From the human T2T-CHM13v2.0 reference genome, Homo sapiens: a DNA stretch of 64,000 nt. The stretch is taken from NCBI RefSeq assembly GCF_009914755.1, contig NC_060928.1; one strand, written 5' to 3'. How positions within the stretch are numbered: the first letter of the stretch is position 1; each line of letters begins with the position of its first letter. A model generated the notes under the pieces. It did not search any database, was not told where the DNA came from, and was given only the letters and a program-made list of their open reading frames with translations. This document shows, one piece after another, positions 16,840 to 31,544 of the stretch. Position numbers and translations under genes: made by a program.

Positions 16840-17089
16840 TTGTCTTTCAAGTATACAGTTTGAACATGTAAAAACTGAGGGCCGATTGTTCATATAATCC
16901 CTTCTTAAAAGAATCTGCTGGAGGATAAACTCTGCTCTATTAAGGGATGATAAAGGAAACTCCAGCAAAACAAATAAGCATTAAACACATTTAACTATGG
17001 TTCTAAGACAAAATCGTAGGTGAAACAAGGGTGTGAAAGTGACACGTTAATAGCATGAGCTCTGACAATGTAAAAATATAGCTATAAAA

Positions 17090-17966
<877 letters not shown>

Positions 17967-18388
17967 GACCGAGGGTAACCATTGAAACAAAATACAAACC
18001 TTCTGAAATATCAGAAGAATTACTATAAAAAGAAAGTAAGAGGCCACATAGAGAGTTTCTGTCTATCTATCCATCCTTCTACTTGTAACATGATAGAACT
18101 AAAATAAAAAATCAATTATAGTAAATCAATAATTGTAAATGTAATTAAAAGAAAAACAGATGTTCATTTTGGATCACTAAACAAAACCCAATTCTTTGCT
18201 GAATCCGAAAGACATACTTAAATTAGTTCAGAAATGTTAAAAATAAAAGCATAAGCAAATGTATACAAGCAAGTGAAAACTAAAAACAGTAAGCAGGAAT
18301 CTGAAATATATATCAAAAAATTTAGACCCAAAGACATTAAATGAGAAAAAAAAAATCATTCAATTTACTATGAAAATATAACAGTTAT

Positions 18389-18863
18389 CGTGATGGTTAA
18401 TTTTGTATGTCAACTTGACTGGGCCCAGATAGCTGGTAAAAAACTGTTTCCAGATGTACCTGTGAGGGTGTTTCCAGAAGAGATCAGCATTGTAATCAGT
18501 AGACTGAGTCAAGAAGATTGCCCTCGCCATGTGGATTGGCATCGTCTAACCCACTGAGGGTCTGAAGAGTGAATTTGCACTCTCTTCTTCAGCTGGGCTG
18601 TCCATATTTATCTGCCCTTTGACACTGGTGCTCCTGGTTCTGAAACTGGACTAAGACTAGGCCTTATACCACTGGCGCCCCTGGTCCTCAGGCCTTTGTG
18701 CTTAGATTGCAATTACAACACCTGGGCTTCCAGCTTGCAGGCAGCAGATTGTGGGACTTCTCTACCTTTTCATAGTCTTATGAGCCAGTCTCTTGCAATA
18801 AATCTCTTTCCCTGTATGTATATCTAATTGATGCTATTTCTCTGGAGAACTCTGAGGAATACA
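18389..18863 (+). mobile_element. MLT2 (B/C/D-type) solo LTR
   Basis: 'gtgatggttaattttgtatgtcaacttgactggg' to 'ctggagaactctgaggaataca', with a perfect 5-bp TSD gttat. Confidence 0.88.
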
Positions 18864-20019
18864 GTTATATAATGTTGAAGAATAAAATTCAGAATGAAGA
18901 TGCAATTAAAATCATTTTCTATGTACCAGCTAGCACAATTTCATGAAGAAGGGAATAGATGCGATTAATAGAAAATAGACAAAACACATTAGTAATAGAA
19001 AGCTTTATTTTTCTATGAAAGATGTGTAAGATCAAGAAGTTAAAACTAAGTATATAGATAACCCACAACATGTAATTAATAAGGTACCTCTGTTGGGATG
19101 TGCATCAAACTCTGTACCTTGATAATAGAGAATATCTTCCTTTTGAATTTCTTTGAAACCATCATAAAATTGACTATATATATTAGGCCACAATTCCAAA
19201 AAGAAGAAAAAAATCAGATAACATTAGCACAATACAGTTATATAGTAATTAATAACAAAAGCACAAAATGAAAAAGCTTTTCCACCTTGAAATAATTTTT
19301 AAAGCTGTATTAAAGGACTCTTGATGAAAAAGAAAAATTTAGCAGGAAATGCAGAATTTCTTGAAAAAAGTTGTCAAAAAACACCACATATCAGAATCCA
19401 TGAGATAATCCATGCTCAGAAGAAAATTTATAGCCTTAAATACTTATAGCAAGTAAAAGAAACAGTAAAAATATGAAAGGAAAGGTTGTACTCACATCAC
19501 AAAAATTGATGTCAGAGTTTTCCTTCTTTCTCAGCACTCTAGAATAGATTAAATAGTAATAGAAGCATCTGCATGTTAAAGTTTTTGTAATAGTCCCCTG
19601 TAAATCTGTCAAGGCCTGGTGCTTTTTTTGGGAAGTTGAAGTGGGTGGGTAAATCTTTTTCATAATAATTTATAGTGGGCTATAAAAAATAATAAAATAA
19701 ATTTTAAAAAGTCAAAGGAAAGGATTAGTGACGATAAAAGCAGAATGAAAGTTAGAGAATCTAACGAATAAATAAAATAAAAATCTGGTGATTTGAAAAA
19801 TAATTGATTGAACAAATAAATTACTAATCTAATTAAGAAAAAAGGAAGAAAGCACAAATATACAAATGACACAAAAAAAGAAAACAAAAAGAAGACCCTA
19901 AAACATGAGGTATATTTTGTATAACTCTATGAAAGTAAATTTTAAAGCTTGAATAAAATAGTTTCCTAAGAAAATATTGTTTAGACATATGACCTAGGGG
20001 AGAAAGAAAATCCCCTTTC

Positions 20020-20232
20020 TTTCTTTCTTTTTTTTTTTTTTAAATTTAATTTAATTTTAAGTTCTATGATACGTGTGCAGGACGTGCAGGTTTGCTGCAT
20101 AGGTAAATGTGTGCCATGGTGGTTTGCTGCACCCATCAACACATCATCTAGGTATTAAGCCCCACAGGCATTAGCTATTTATCTTGATGCTCTCCCTCCC
20201 CCTGCAGGCCCTCCACCCCTGCCAACAGGCCT
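20020..20232 (-). mobile_element. Short L1PA8-10-type 3' end
   Basis: Poly(T) followed by 'gtgcaggacgtgcaggtttg...ctaggtattaagcccc'. TSD 'gaaaatcccctttc' at 20006-20019 and 20233-20246. Confidence 0.9.
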
Positions 20233-20824
20233 GAAAATCCCCTTTCCATAGGAATAAAATAAAGAAATGGAGAAACTCAGCTTTCCCATATTTACTGTCC
20301 CTGAGCTCCAAGTCCAACCTTCTAAATTTTTCTCCGTTGTGCTGGGGCTGGGGCCGGTTCCCAGGTTCAAACTGCAGTTCATAGGTTCCTTTGCCTGCTT
20401 TCTTCTGTCAATAGGGAGCACTGAAGGAGGTTGGGAGGCAGGAGCACAGGGAAGGAACTTTCTTGCAGTTTGTTGCTGTTTATGTCTGTTATCCCTGCAG
20501 CTACACTGCCCCAGTAGGGGTGGTTAGTTCTACTCTTCTGCTTCCAATGGAATCCTTGGAAATAGCTTTGTTTTTCCCCTGAGGTATGAGCCTCCACTCT
20601 TCTAGCCTCCTCTTCTAAGGTCCTAGGTTCTTATAACTCAACTCTGTTTCCCTTTGCAGCTTCATTTCTAGGGATGGTACCAGCATTCTGCAGTTATCTC
20701 TTGCTGTACCTCACTGCTCCCTTCTTGTTCTTTCATCTTTTCAATACCTATGTAATTCATTCCCTATTTTAAATTCCAGCTGATGAAATATGCAGTGGTT
20801 CTTTTCCCCTGACTTACCTTTTTG

Positions 20825-21000
20825 TGGTTCAGTTTCCTCAGACGTAAAATGGAGATGATGATGGTGATGACAGTGATGATGACTGACAGTGATGGTGACA
20901 ATAATCCTTAACTCCTTAGCCTGTTGTAAAGATTAAGTGAGTTAATGTATGTGAGTTCTGAGAACTATGGCACAGAGTAACCCCACTATAAATTATTATG
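20825..21000 (+). mobile_element. MIR fragment with an internal (GAT/GGT)n-like tract
   Basis: 'ttcagtttcctcagacgtaaaatggagatg...gttgtaaagattaagtgagttaatg'. Confidence 0.75.
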
Positions 21001-21519
21001 AAAAAAATTTACCCACCCACTTCAACTTCCCCAGAAAAGCACCAGGCCTTGACAGATTTACAGGAGACTATTACAAAAACTTTAACATGCAGATGATTCT
21101 ATTGCTATTTAATCTATTCTAGAGTGCTGAGAAAGAAGGAAAACTCCCACATCAATTTTTGTGATGTAAGTACAACCTTGATAACAAAGCTTAAGAAAAA
21201 TTTTATAAAAATGATAATAGTCTCGCTTTACAAATAAAGATGAAAAATCTTAAATAAAGCATTCACAAAGAAAACTTCCAGCACATTAAGGAATAATACA
21301 TCATGACCATGTCAGAAATGAAAAAATTCTCAATATTAGAAACTCTCTTAACATAATTCATCATATTAATAAGTATCATTAGTGTAATTTACTGTTTGAG
21401 GCCTCAGGCCTGGCTTAGTCTGTGATATTCTTCTCTCTATCTTCACTCCCTTGGAGATCTCAAGTTCTCTTGACTTCAAATGCTATCCATGTCCTGTTTT
21501 TCTATAGACTTCAAGTTAA

Positions 21520-21655
21520 GAATTGCTTTTACATTTTTTTTGTAAAAAATAATAGAAAAACAATGAAAAAAAGCCCCAATAGAGACCATGTGTGCCTCAA
21601 AAAGCTTAAAATGTTTACTATCTGGCTGTTTGCAGAAAAGGTTTGACTGCCCTCT
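21520..21655. mobile_element. MER58 (hAT-Charlie) fragment
   Basis: 'gagaccatgtgtgcctcaaaaagcttaaaatgtttactatctggctgtttgcagaaaaggtttg'. Confidence 0.75.
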
Positions 21656-22462
21656 TGGATACAATATAATGGCTTTTGGGGTGGACTGACTTTAACATTT
21701 AAAAAAATTTAAACATAGCACACATTCAGAAAAGTGCACACACCCTATGTGTACTGCTGTATGAATTTCACAAACTGATCACAGCTATGTAACAAGCACT
21801 CAGCTCAACAAACAGAATATTACTTGGTCTCCAGAAGCTACCTTGTTTTAGCAGTGGCCTGGCTTTTCTACTTCATTATAATCTTTAGAGTACAGTTTTC
21901 AAATGTGTCCTCATATTCTTGATTAATTCTTTACTAATTCCCTTCCCACCAGAAATAAATATGCCTTAATTTTATCATCTTGCAAAATTCATTTTAACAA
22001 CTTGAAAATTTTAACAGAAAAGAAAATTCAAAACTATATCAAGTTGAGCAGCATGAAACTAACACAACAGCATCGTGTAGGATGGCAGTTTATATTTTTT
22101 CCTAAATAGACCAGAACATAACGCTGAGAAATAACATAGTACTTCACTTTAAATAGATGAGAGGGAATTATGCTTTGTGTCTTCAAGGTAGCACATACAC
22201 AATTTAATGCCAAAGTCGCTATGGAAACTATTGAATGATAGGAAAAATAGTTGCATAAATCTGTATAATTCATGAATTTCTGAGAATTTTCAGCTTTAAG
22301 TTTATAATACACAGAACTTCTTACCCAATAAAGCATTCATCTATTTGGTAAACAAATTTTTTTTTGTCTATATGTGCTGAAATACTTCTATTGATTGAAT
22401 TAGGCTGAAAAACCTACCTGAATTTTCAAAATTCTGTTTTGAAGTCTTAAAATTGTTAAACA

Positions 22463-22838
<376 letters not shown>

Positions 22839-23054
22839 TAATTTAAATTATTATATTAAAGGCACTGTTTAGCCTTTTAGAAATGTAACAGGGATAAGTG
22901 ATCTGTGGGACAATGAGAAGCCTGATCATTTAGAAATCAATATATTACAAATACTAATTTTTGATTCCAAAGTGGATCTGAAATCAGTTTAGAAAAGATG
23001 GGGGGAATCTATGTCCTAGACTACAGAGAGTTTCATTTACCTTTTAATATGAAG

Positions 23055-23420
23055 TTGTTAATTCAATAAGCCTTTACTGAAGCCTTCTTTCTCAGCGTTT
23101 ATCCAGGCACTGAGGATAGGGCAGAAAACAAGACCTCAGGAGCAAAATCACTGTTCTCACTGATGCTTTCCTTCTGCCAGTGGTAGACGAATGATAAACA
23201 AAAATATTAGCTAGTAATAGGTGTTCTAATGAGAAGCAAACAGAAGGGCTATTTATTTTACTAGTGGGCAGTCAGGGAAGTTCTCATCAGGGGATTACAT
23301 TTGATCTGAATTCTGAATTGCAAAAAGGAGGCAGTTGGGTGAAGATTTGGGGAAATACTACTCAGGTGGAGGAAAACCTGGGACAAAAGGCTCTAGGAAA
23401 TGGATGAGTACAAGAACTGC
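23055..23420 (-). mobile_element. L2 fragment
   Basis: 'ttcaataagcctttactgaagcc...ccaggcactgagg' and 'gtcagggaagttctc'. Confidence 0.6.
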
Positions 23421-23687
23421 AAGCCACTTTTAGTACTTAGCGTCCAAGTCCAAGTAAAATTCAGAGATCATTGTGTTTTTGGACATTTGGGGTATGCCAT
23501 TAAAAGGAAAGAAAAGTTTTGCCTTTTCTGTTGACTACCTTCTCTGCAATCACAGCCTTGATGCTTCAAAGTGATCTCCTGCCCTCAGATAGAAACAGAG
23601 TATTCAACCACAGTATTCTAGCTCAGCATGCACACTTAGACATAAACATATCTTTTTCTTTTCCATTGCCTCCTTTTCCTTGCCCAC

Positions 23688-23831
23688 TCTCCTTCCTGCC
23701 TGCCTTCCTGCCATCTTTCCATCTTTCCTTCTTTCTTTCTTTCCTTCCTTCCTTCTTCCTTCCTTCCTTCCTTCCTTCCTTCCTTCCTTCCTTCCTTCCT
23801 CTCTTCCTTCCTCCCTCCCTCCCTTTCTTCC
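23688..23831. repeat. (CCTT)n/(CTTT)n polypyrimidine microsatellite
   Basis: Directly visible. Explains the low-complexity ORFs at 23519-23909. Confidence 0.97.
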
Positions 23832-25514
23832 ACAAACATCTGTGAAGTGCTCAGAGTGTATGTATGTGACAAAGACACAATAGAGGAAGTTTGGAGGGGG
23901 CAGATTCATCAGTTGGAGTTCACCAAGAACAGGTGGTCCTCATCCAACAAATTCAAATGCACAGCTTGCTTCAGCCTTGGCTGATTTTCCGAGGCAGAAT
24001 TTAAAAGTTCCAGATTCCTAAATTTCAAAACACAATAACCTCTTCTGTTTGTTTCACTTATTATAGCAAATGTCTCTCATTTGTGAGATCAACATTTTTG
24101 GTGTGCACATTATGAGGTAGGAGTGTGGGGGAAAGTGTTATGCCAACAGTGAGGGGGAAACCAAACTTCATTCTCTAGCATGAAAATAATGACTCATTCC
24201 TTTACATCAGGGTTGGCCTTTGGGATATTGGTTTTAAAAACTTAACTCATTGGCGGCAAAAATGTAAAAAATAACATACACACAACAGACATACCCACGA
24301 AGCCATTAAAAAGTCCAAAGTGGAAAATATGCTGAAGATGACTATAAAGACATATCATAGCATGTAGCTCATCCAGACAGGAATACACTTTAGAGCATCT
24401 TCACAAGGGTCTTGGGAAGGATGACTTATCTGTTTTACCCCCTCTGGGTTACACAATGTTGAATACAACTGTTAACAGTGTCAACAGCATTTGGATATTA
24501 TTATTACTATTATTGTTGTTTTAATTAACGCTATGAGGAGCTTCTTTAACTGGAAACGTTATGAAGATAATTGAAGGCTTAGCTGAGAATAGCTGAATCC
24601 ACATTAGCAAGTGAAAACTATGTACGGTTTATTCACTACATATATAACTTAATTTGAAGTTCATTATAAATAATAACTAGATATTAACTCTCTATCTCCC
24701 TCCACTAAGAGGTAGTGTAACCCTTAGTTTTGCCTTGCAAGGGAAAGGGCAGCTCTGGGCTGATGTGGATTCTCTCTTTCTTCAATGTCTATTGATCCAC
24801 GCCCGGCCCCCCACGAGTTGGTCATGGAAAAACTGCTTCAGTGCACTTGGCATATGAGGTCAAGAACTATTTGGACAATTCTCAGTCTCTGCTTCTCCAA
24901 TTTTGGATGTTCAGTCTGTAACCACAGTTTTTGTTGCTTTTCCTCAATGTCCTTTTAAAAACACTGGCTGCTCCAGGCTGCTGTTGTGTGGCTCAGTGTT
25001 CTCAGCAACATCTCTCTTCTCTCTCATGGGCCCTTCTAGACCTGAGCATGGGGAGGGCTTGATCAATCCTGACTTTTTTTGTGTGCAAAGCAAACACACA
25101 AATGATTCCCCTTTTCAGTGACTGTCTGTAGACCCTGCACTTCTCCCTGGTGCCTTGATGAACACCCCCTCTAATTGCCTATAATCTCTGGTCACTGTCC
25201 ACCTACTTCCACCTACCTTCCTACCTACTTCTGCCTACATTCTTGCTCTCTGTGCTTCAGATACGCAGGACTTTTCCTAGTTCCTGGAAAAGGTTGCACC
25301 ACATTATCTCCTGTCTCAGTGCTGTCTTACATGCTGCTGCCTCTGCCTGAAAAGCTTTTCTGCTGTGATCAACCTTTTCCTCTGCTCCAGCATCCCTGCC
25401 TGCTTGTGCTAGCTGATTCCTCCCCATTTCTCAGATCTCTGTGAAGTGCCTCTGCCGTAGAGATGCTGTCCTCGGCCGTGTAGTCTATACTGGACTTGCT
25501 TACAATATGTTCTC

Positions 25515-26340
25515 TACATTAGTCAGGGTGGTGCTAACTGTTGCAACAAATAAACTTCCAAATTTCAGTAGTTTTACACAAAGTTTATTTCTTCCTTACT
25601 GTTTTAGGTTCTTAGGACTAATGTAACAAAGTACCAAAACTAGGTGGCTTAAAATAACACAAACACATATTGTCTTACACTTCTGGAAGCTGGAAGTCTG
25701 AAATCAAGGTGACAGAAAGGCCATGTTCTCTCTGATGGTTCTAGGGGAGAATCCTTCCTGGGCTTTTCCAGCTTCTGGTACTTACCTGTAATCCTTGGCT
25801 TGTAGCCTCATCACTCCAGTTCCATGGCCCTGTTCTCCCTGTGTCTTCACATTATCTTCCCTCTGTCTGTGTCTGCCCGTGTGTCCAAATTTCTCCTCTT
25901 TATAAAGGACATCAATACTATGGGATTAAGGCCCACTCTAATGACCTCATTTTAAGTTGATTACCTTTCTAAAGACCTCTTTCCAAATAAGGTCACTTTT
26001 TGAGGTACTAGGAGTTATGACTTCAACATATCTTTTTGGGGACACACTTCAACCCATAATACCCACAATACTTTCAATGTTTTTGGTCAGTGGGCAGCTT
26101 TCCTACCCATGATGAAGGAGGAACCAGACTCCTCGCACTTTATTGCACTACTGCTCCCTTACGCTTTGGCATCATCTGTGTCTAGCTGATGAACAAAGAA
26201 AATGTGCAAAGGCACATTACCCCACACCCACACTGGCCCAAGAGGTGGTAACATCCTTCTCATCCACACACCCTTCTGGAGGACGGGTCTCAGGGCCTCA
26301 CCTAGATGCAAGGGGAGAATGGAAAACGTAGTCCCTGCTG
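25515..26340 (-). mobile_element. Old MLT1 LTR with a younger MLT1B/C-type LTR nested at about 25600-26063
   Basis: Inner element: 'gtaacaaagtaccaaaactaggtggcttaaaa...gggacacacttcaacccataat'. Outer element: 'attagtcagggtggtgctaactgttgcaacaaataaac'. Confidence 0.75.
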
Positions 26341-26342
26341 GG

Positions 26343-26640
26343 CAGTGCTTCTTAAGCCATCTGTGGTGAAGAGCTGCTATTTCTATTTACAATTCATCAC
26401 AGGCCAATATTTTATAAAACAGAATTAAAAATGTACTATATTTAAAAAATGAATGAAAAGCATGCAAAATACAAATTCCATTTTAGAAATTATTAAATTT
26501 AACAAACCTAAAGTTACTTCACCAAAATTCTGTAAGTTGCTAAACACTTAAATTCTCAATTTCCACACGTATTCTTGTCATCGACCACTAACAGTTTGCA
26601 GATGGGCACTAGTCCATGGCCCACACTTTGTGTAGCACTG
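26343..26640. mobile_element. hAT-Charlie MITE (Charlie18a-like)
   Basis: Inverted termini 'cagtgcttcttaag' and 'tttgtgtagcactg'. Confidence 0.65.
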
Positions 26641-27629
26641 CCTTACGTTGTGGAAGGAAGTGTCATATTTGTCATGTAGATGGCCTTCTCTGCCTCACTC
26701 TAATAGCCCCTGGCACTTACCCTAACCCTGTTGTCAGACTTTAGTATGCTTATCTGTTTGACAGTTGTCTTTCCTGCTCATCTAGACTCCAAATTCTGTG
26801 AGGTCAGAGACCATGTTTGTTTTGTTTATGGCTGTGTCTTTAGCACTCAGTTGAGTGACTGGCATAAAGTTAGAGATTAAGAAATACTTGACAAAATTTT
26901 GTTTCTGGTATGTACCTGGAAGAATCCCTAAGAAAAATATGTTTACATAAAATTTGTGACATTAATTTACTTAACAGAAGCTCCATTATTTTCATCTGCT
27001 TTTAAATGTTTTTCTTTTGCCTTGTTTATCAAACACTCATGCCCTAGTTCTATATAGTACAGAAAAGAAGGGGCTCTTTGAAACAATGGGCCAATGAAAT
27101 GACAAGCAGGGGGTCAGGCTGGATGGCTGGCCTTTGTTAAAGCAAGAAGAATGGTAATAGTTTTCCAAACTCTTACTGAAATTAGGAAGAATAATTTTGT
27201 AAGCAAAGTAAGAATATTTTGCTAAAGAAGTAAATACTGAGAAATAAAGAGAGGGCCCAGTTAGTTGCCATAATCAATGAGAATTCTTCCATGAAGACAG
27301 AAAAAGAAAATTATAGATAATAGCGTTTGAAAACATGTACCTATGGAGAATGGAATATTGCTGAGTTCTGTAAGGAAAAATTTAGTGACTATTCTAAATG
27401 CAAAATTCAGAAGTGGCCCCGTTAGTCAAGCAAGAATCTAATAAATGATTTGAGCAGGATTATTTGTAATATTTTTCTCCAATAGCTGGAAATACTATTG
27501 TTTCGTAGAAAGAACTTTGGTGGATTTTTTTTTTCTAATTTTATATCTCATAGTCTTTTTCAAGAGTATAGTCGCTACACACAGAAAGGAACATATAGTT
27601 AACATGTATACATTATGAAACATAGCTAA

Positions 27630-28064
<435 letters not shown>

Positions 28065-29399
28065 TAAGTAATTTTCCAGAGGTCTCCAAACTAGTTAAGT
28101 GAGAAATATTTACCCAGTTATTAATAACTTCCTATTTGAACAATGAATTCAATCAACCAAAAGTCAGTCCTCCCCCAAGGACAAATCACCACAGATTTCT
28201 TTTAGTTTTAGAAACAGTGACATCTGTGAGCATTTATTTTCTTTCTGAAACTCTTTATATGATCTTAGGTTATATTATGTTGTGTTGTGTTATACCATAT
28301 TGTGTTACTTATTTTGGGTGACAAAGATTTTCTTAACTGATAACTGTGATAACTGATGTGGGATCACACAGAATTTTCAGAGCGAACACAACTCAGAGTC
28401 ACAGGAACAAGATAATTTATAAGAATTTAAATTAACGTCACTCAGGGTCTCATAGGCAACAATTGCTTTCATATATTACCCCCAGGAGAAGATCTTGGGG
28501 AGAGAGAAAAATGTGAAACTCCAGCGACAATAAACCAGCAAAATAATGTGTTAAAAATATTTACTGAAGATATAATTTGATGAAATAAAAGTTGTTGCCG
28601 CAAGAAAGGAGATAATGGTGACTTTCAACGACTTAATTTCCTTCTGGAAGCTAAATGTGTTTCAAACTCCTAGGCTTCTGTTGTGTATTGCTTGAGTTTC
28701 CTGTTTAGCAATCTCATTGATTTAGTATGTCATGGCCTTTCTTTATTCCTTTAAAGAGACAATCAACTCAGGTTTGCATGTTCCTTCCCTTCTTTTCCTC
28801 TGTATCCTCTGGCTTTAGGACAGATGTGTGTCTCATTAGTTTTGCAGGCATTTCCAGGCCACTTGGAAGTGAACTCTGCAGTTGGAAGGCACCTTGCTCG
28901 GCGTATTGTCTGGGATGCAGTAAACCATGATACAGTGTGTTATGTCTCTCAAAGTACTAAGCATAATGGGTGGACAGAAGAGGGAATTAGTTATATTTAT
29001 ATGAATGAGGACACATTTAACAGACAAGAACAATTTTAAGGCTGAGTTTTCAATACCTCAGACAAATAGCTCCATGAAGACAAAGCTACTGCTATCTGTT
29101 GATCACTGTATTACACAGAGCTTATGACAATTCTTGAAACATAACACATTGAAAAAATATTTGCTGAATGGATCAATAAATGATTTAAAAATCATTGTGG
29201 TGTAATGGAGAAATGTAAGACCAGTAAAGTTAAAAATTCTAGGATTATTTCCTTCTTGAGTGTGCTCCTCATGGGCTGTGCAGTCTTGGTAACGTCACCT
29301 ACTTCTGAATGTTAGCTTCCCTCCCTATGAAAAAGGAGAAAGCAAAGTAAATGCTCAAATATTATTGTGAATATTAAATGAAGTAAAATGTGTCAAAAC

Positions 29400-29408
29400 C
29401 ACACACAA

Positions 29409-29442
<34 letters not shown>
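29400..29442. repeat. (CA)n microsatellite
   Basis: Directly visible. Confidence 0.95.
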
Positions 29443-29444
<2 letters not shown>

Positions 29445-30877
29445 CATACCAAGATCTCTGGGATGCAGCAAAAGCAGTATTAAGAGGAAAGTTGATAATG
29501 TTAAATGCCTACCTCAGAAAGTGAGAAAGAGCTGAAATTAATGATCTAACATCACACCTAGAGGAACTAGGAAAACAAGAACAAACTAACCACAAAGCTG
29601 GCAGAAGAAAAGAAGTAACTAAAATCTGAGTAGAATTGAACAAAATTGAGACCCCAAAATCCATACCAACAAATCAACAAAACTAAAAGTTTGTTTTTTG
29701 AAAAGATAAATAAGACTTATAGACTGCTACCCAGATTAACAAAGGATAAAAGATCCAGATAAACACAATCAGAAATGAAAAAGGTGACGTTACAACTGAT
29801 CCCATGGAAATACAAAAGATCCCCAGACTAATATTAATACTCTACACACAGAAACTAGAAAATCTAGAGGAAATGGTTAAATTCTTGGAAACACACAATC
29901 TCCCAAGATTGAATCAGGAAGAAAGTGAAACACTGAACAGAACGATTTTGAGTTGTGAGATTGAGTTAGCAATAAAAAACCTACCAACTAAAGAAAAAGC
30001 CCAAGACCAGATGGATTCACAGCCAAATTCTATGAGACCTGTAAAGGAGATCTGGTATCAATTCTAGGGAAACTATTCCAAAAATCTGAGGAGGAGGACC
30101 TCCTCCCTAACTCATCCTATGAAGCCAGCATCACTCTGATACCAGAACTTGGCAAACGCATATTAAAAAAAGAAAAGTACAGCCAATGTCCCTGATGAAC
30201 ATAGATGCAAAAGCCCTCTACAAAAATGCTAGCAAACCAAATTCAACAACATATCAAAAAGTTAGTTCACTGTAATCAAGTAGGCTTCATTCCTGGGAAG
30301 TAAGGTTGGTTCAACATACACGAATCCATAAAATGTAATTCACCACATAAATAGAACTAAAAACAAAAGCCACATGGTCATCTCAACAGATGCAGAAAAG
30401 TTCTTTGAGAAAATCCAACCTCCCTTTATGATAAAAACCCATAAGAAGCTATGAATCAAAGGAACATACCTCAAAATATTAAGAATTATTCATTATTTTG
30501 ATGATATATCCACAGCCAATTGCATACTAAATGGGTGAAAACTGGAAGCATTCTCCTTGAGAACTGGAACAAACAAGGATCCCCACTCTCACTATTCCTA
30601 TTAAACATAATATTGGAAGTCCTAGTGAGAGCACTCAGGTAACGGAAAGAAATAAAAAGCATCCAAATAGAAAGAGAAGTCAAACTGTCTCTCTTCGTGG
30701 ATGATATGATCCCATGCCTAGAAAAACTGCAGACTCACCCAACAAGTTTCTGGAATGGATAAATGACTTGAGTAAAATTTCAAGGTACAAAATCAATGTA
30801 AAAAAATCAGTAGCATTTTTATACACCAACAACATCCAAGCTGAGAGCCAAATCAACCATGCGTCCCATTTACAATA
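29443..30877 (+). mobile_element. Internal L1 ORF2 fragment (L1PB/L1PA15-16 age) without a 3' UTR
   Basis: 'aacataccaagatctctgggatgcagcaaaagcag' to 'gctgagagccaaatcaa...ccatttacaatag'. The ORF at 29804 reads '[24 protein letters not shown]'. Confidence 0.9.
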
Positions 30878-30913
30878 GACACACACACACAAACACACAC
30901 ACACACACACACA
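30878..30913. repeat. (CA)n microsatellite
   Basis: Directly visible. Confidence 0.95.
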
Positions 30914-30918
30914 GAAAC

Positions 30919-31215
30919 ATCTTTAATCACACCACTTTGTGAGACCAAGGCAAAAAGATTGCTTGAGCCCAGCAGTTCAAGACCATACTGGGAAACATAG
31001 GGAGAACTTCTCTCTACAAAATAAATAAATTAAATAAATAAATAAATAAATAAATATTTTGGACATGGTGGTGCACACCTGTGGTCCCATCTAAACTCAG
31101 GAGAATGAGGCAGGAGGAATATCTGGGCCCAGGAGGTCAAGGCTGCCATAAGCCGTGATCACACCACTGCACTGTGGCCTGGGCTACAGAGCAAGAGTCT
31201 GTCATCAAAAAAATT
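30919..31215 (+). mobile_element. Diverged AluJ with a (TAAA)n expansion in the linker
   Basis: 'gattgcttgagcccagcagttcaagacc' and 'cccaggaggtcaaggctgc'. Confidence 0.88.
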
Positions 31216-31249
31216 AATAAATATATTAAAATAAAATATACTATAATTT

Positions 31250-31423
31250 ACAGAATACGGTTCATGTTGTATTAAAACTCTTGATACTTCAGTTACGTGC
31301 AAAGAAAATAATAAAAACAAAGCAGTGAAAAAAATAAAAATATGGTATTATAATCTTATGGGACTGCTGTCTTATATGTGGTCTATCATTGACTAAAACG
31401 TCATTATGCAGCACATGACTGTA
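31250..31423 (+). mobile_element. Tigger-family (MER47/Tigger3-type) 3' end
   Basis: 'tatggtattataatcttatgggactgctgtc...cattgactaaaacgtcattatgcagcacatgactgta'. Confidence 0.8.
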
Positions 31424-31544
31424 TACAGCCATATACAGATATATAGGAATGAGGAAATATATACACACACATATATATATGGGCATATAAAAATGAAGGA
31501 ATGCAATTCCTTCAATATAATAAAGTATAAATAAATGTAACCTT

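Larger units (their letters stand above)
19482..21179. repeat. 198-bp inverted duplication (19482-19679 and 20982-21179)
   Basis: Manual alignment is ungapped with 9 mismatches in 198 bp. Confidence 0.95.

Noticed and set aside
23519-23909. KEGR/PSFL-repeat ORFs
   Set aside because: They are translations of the (CCTT)n microsatellite.
28836-28930. Possible exon ('ttttgcag' acceptor to 'gtaaac' donor)
   Set aside because: The donor is weak, the peptide is unrecognisable and no partner exons were found.
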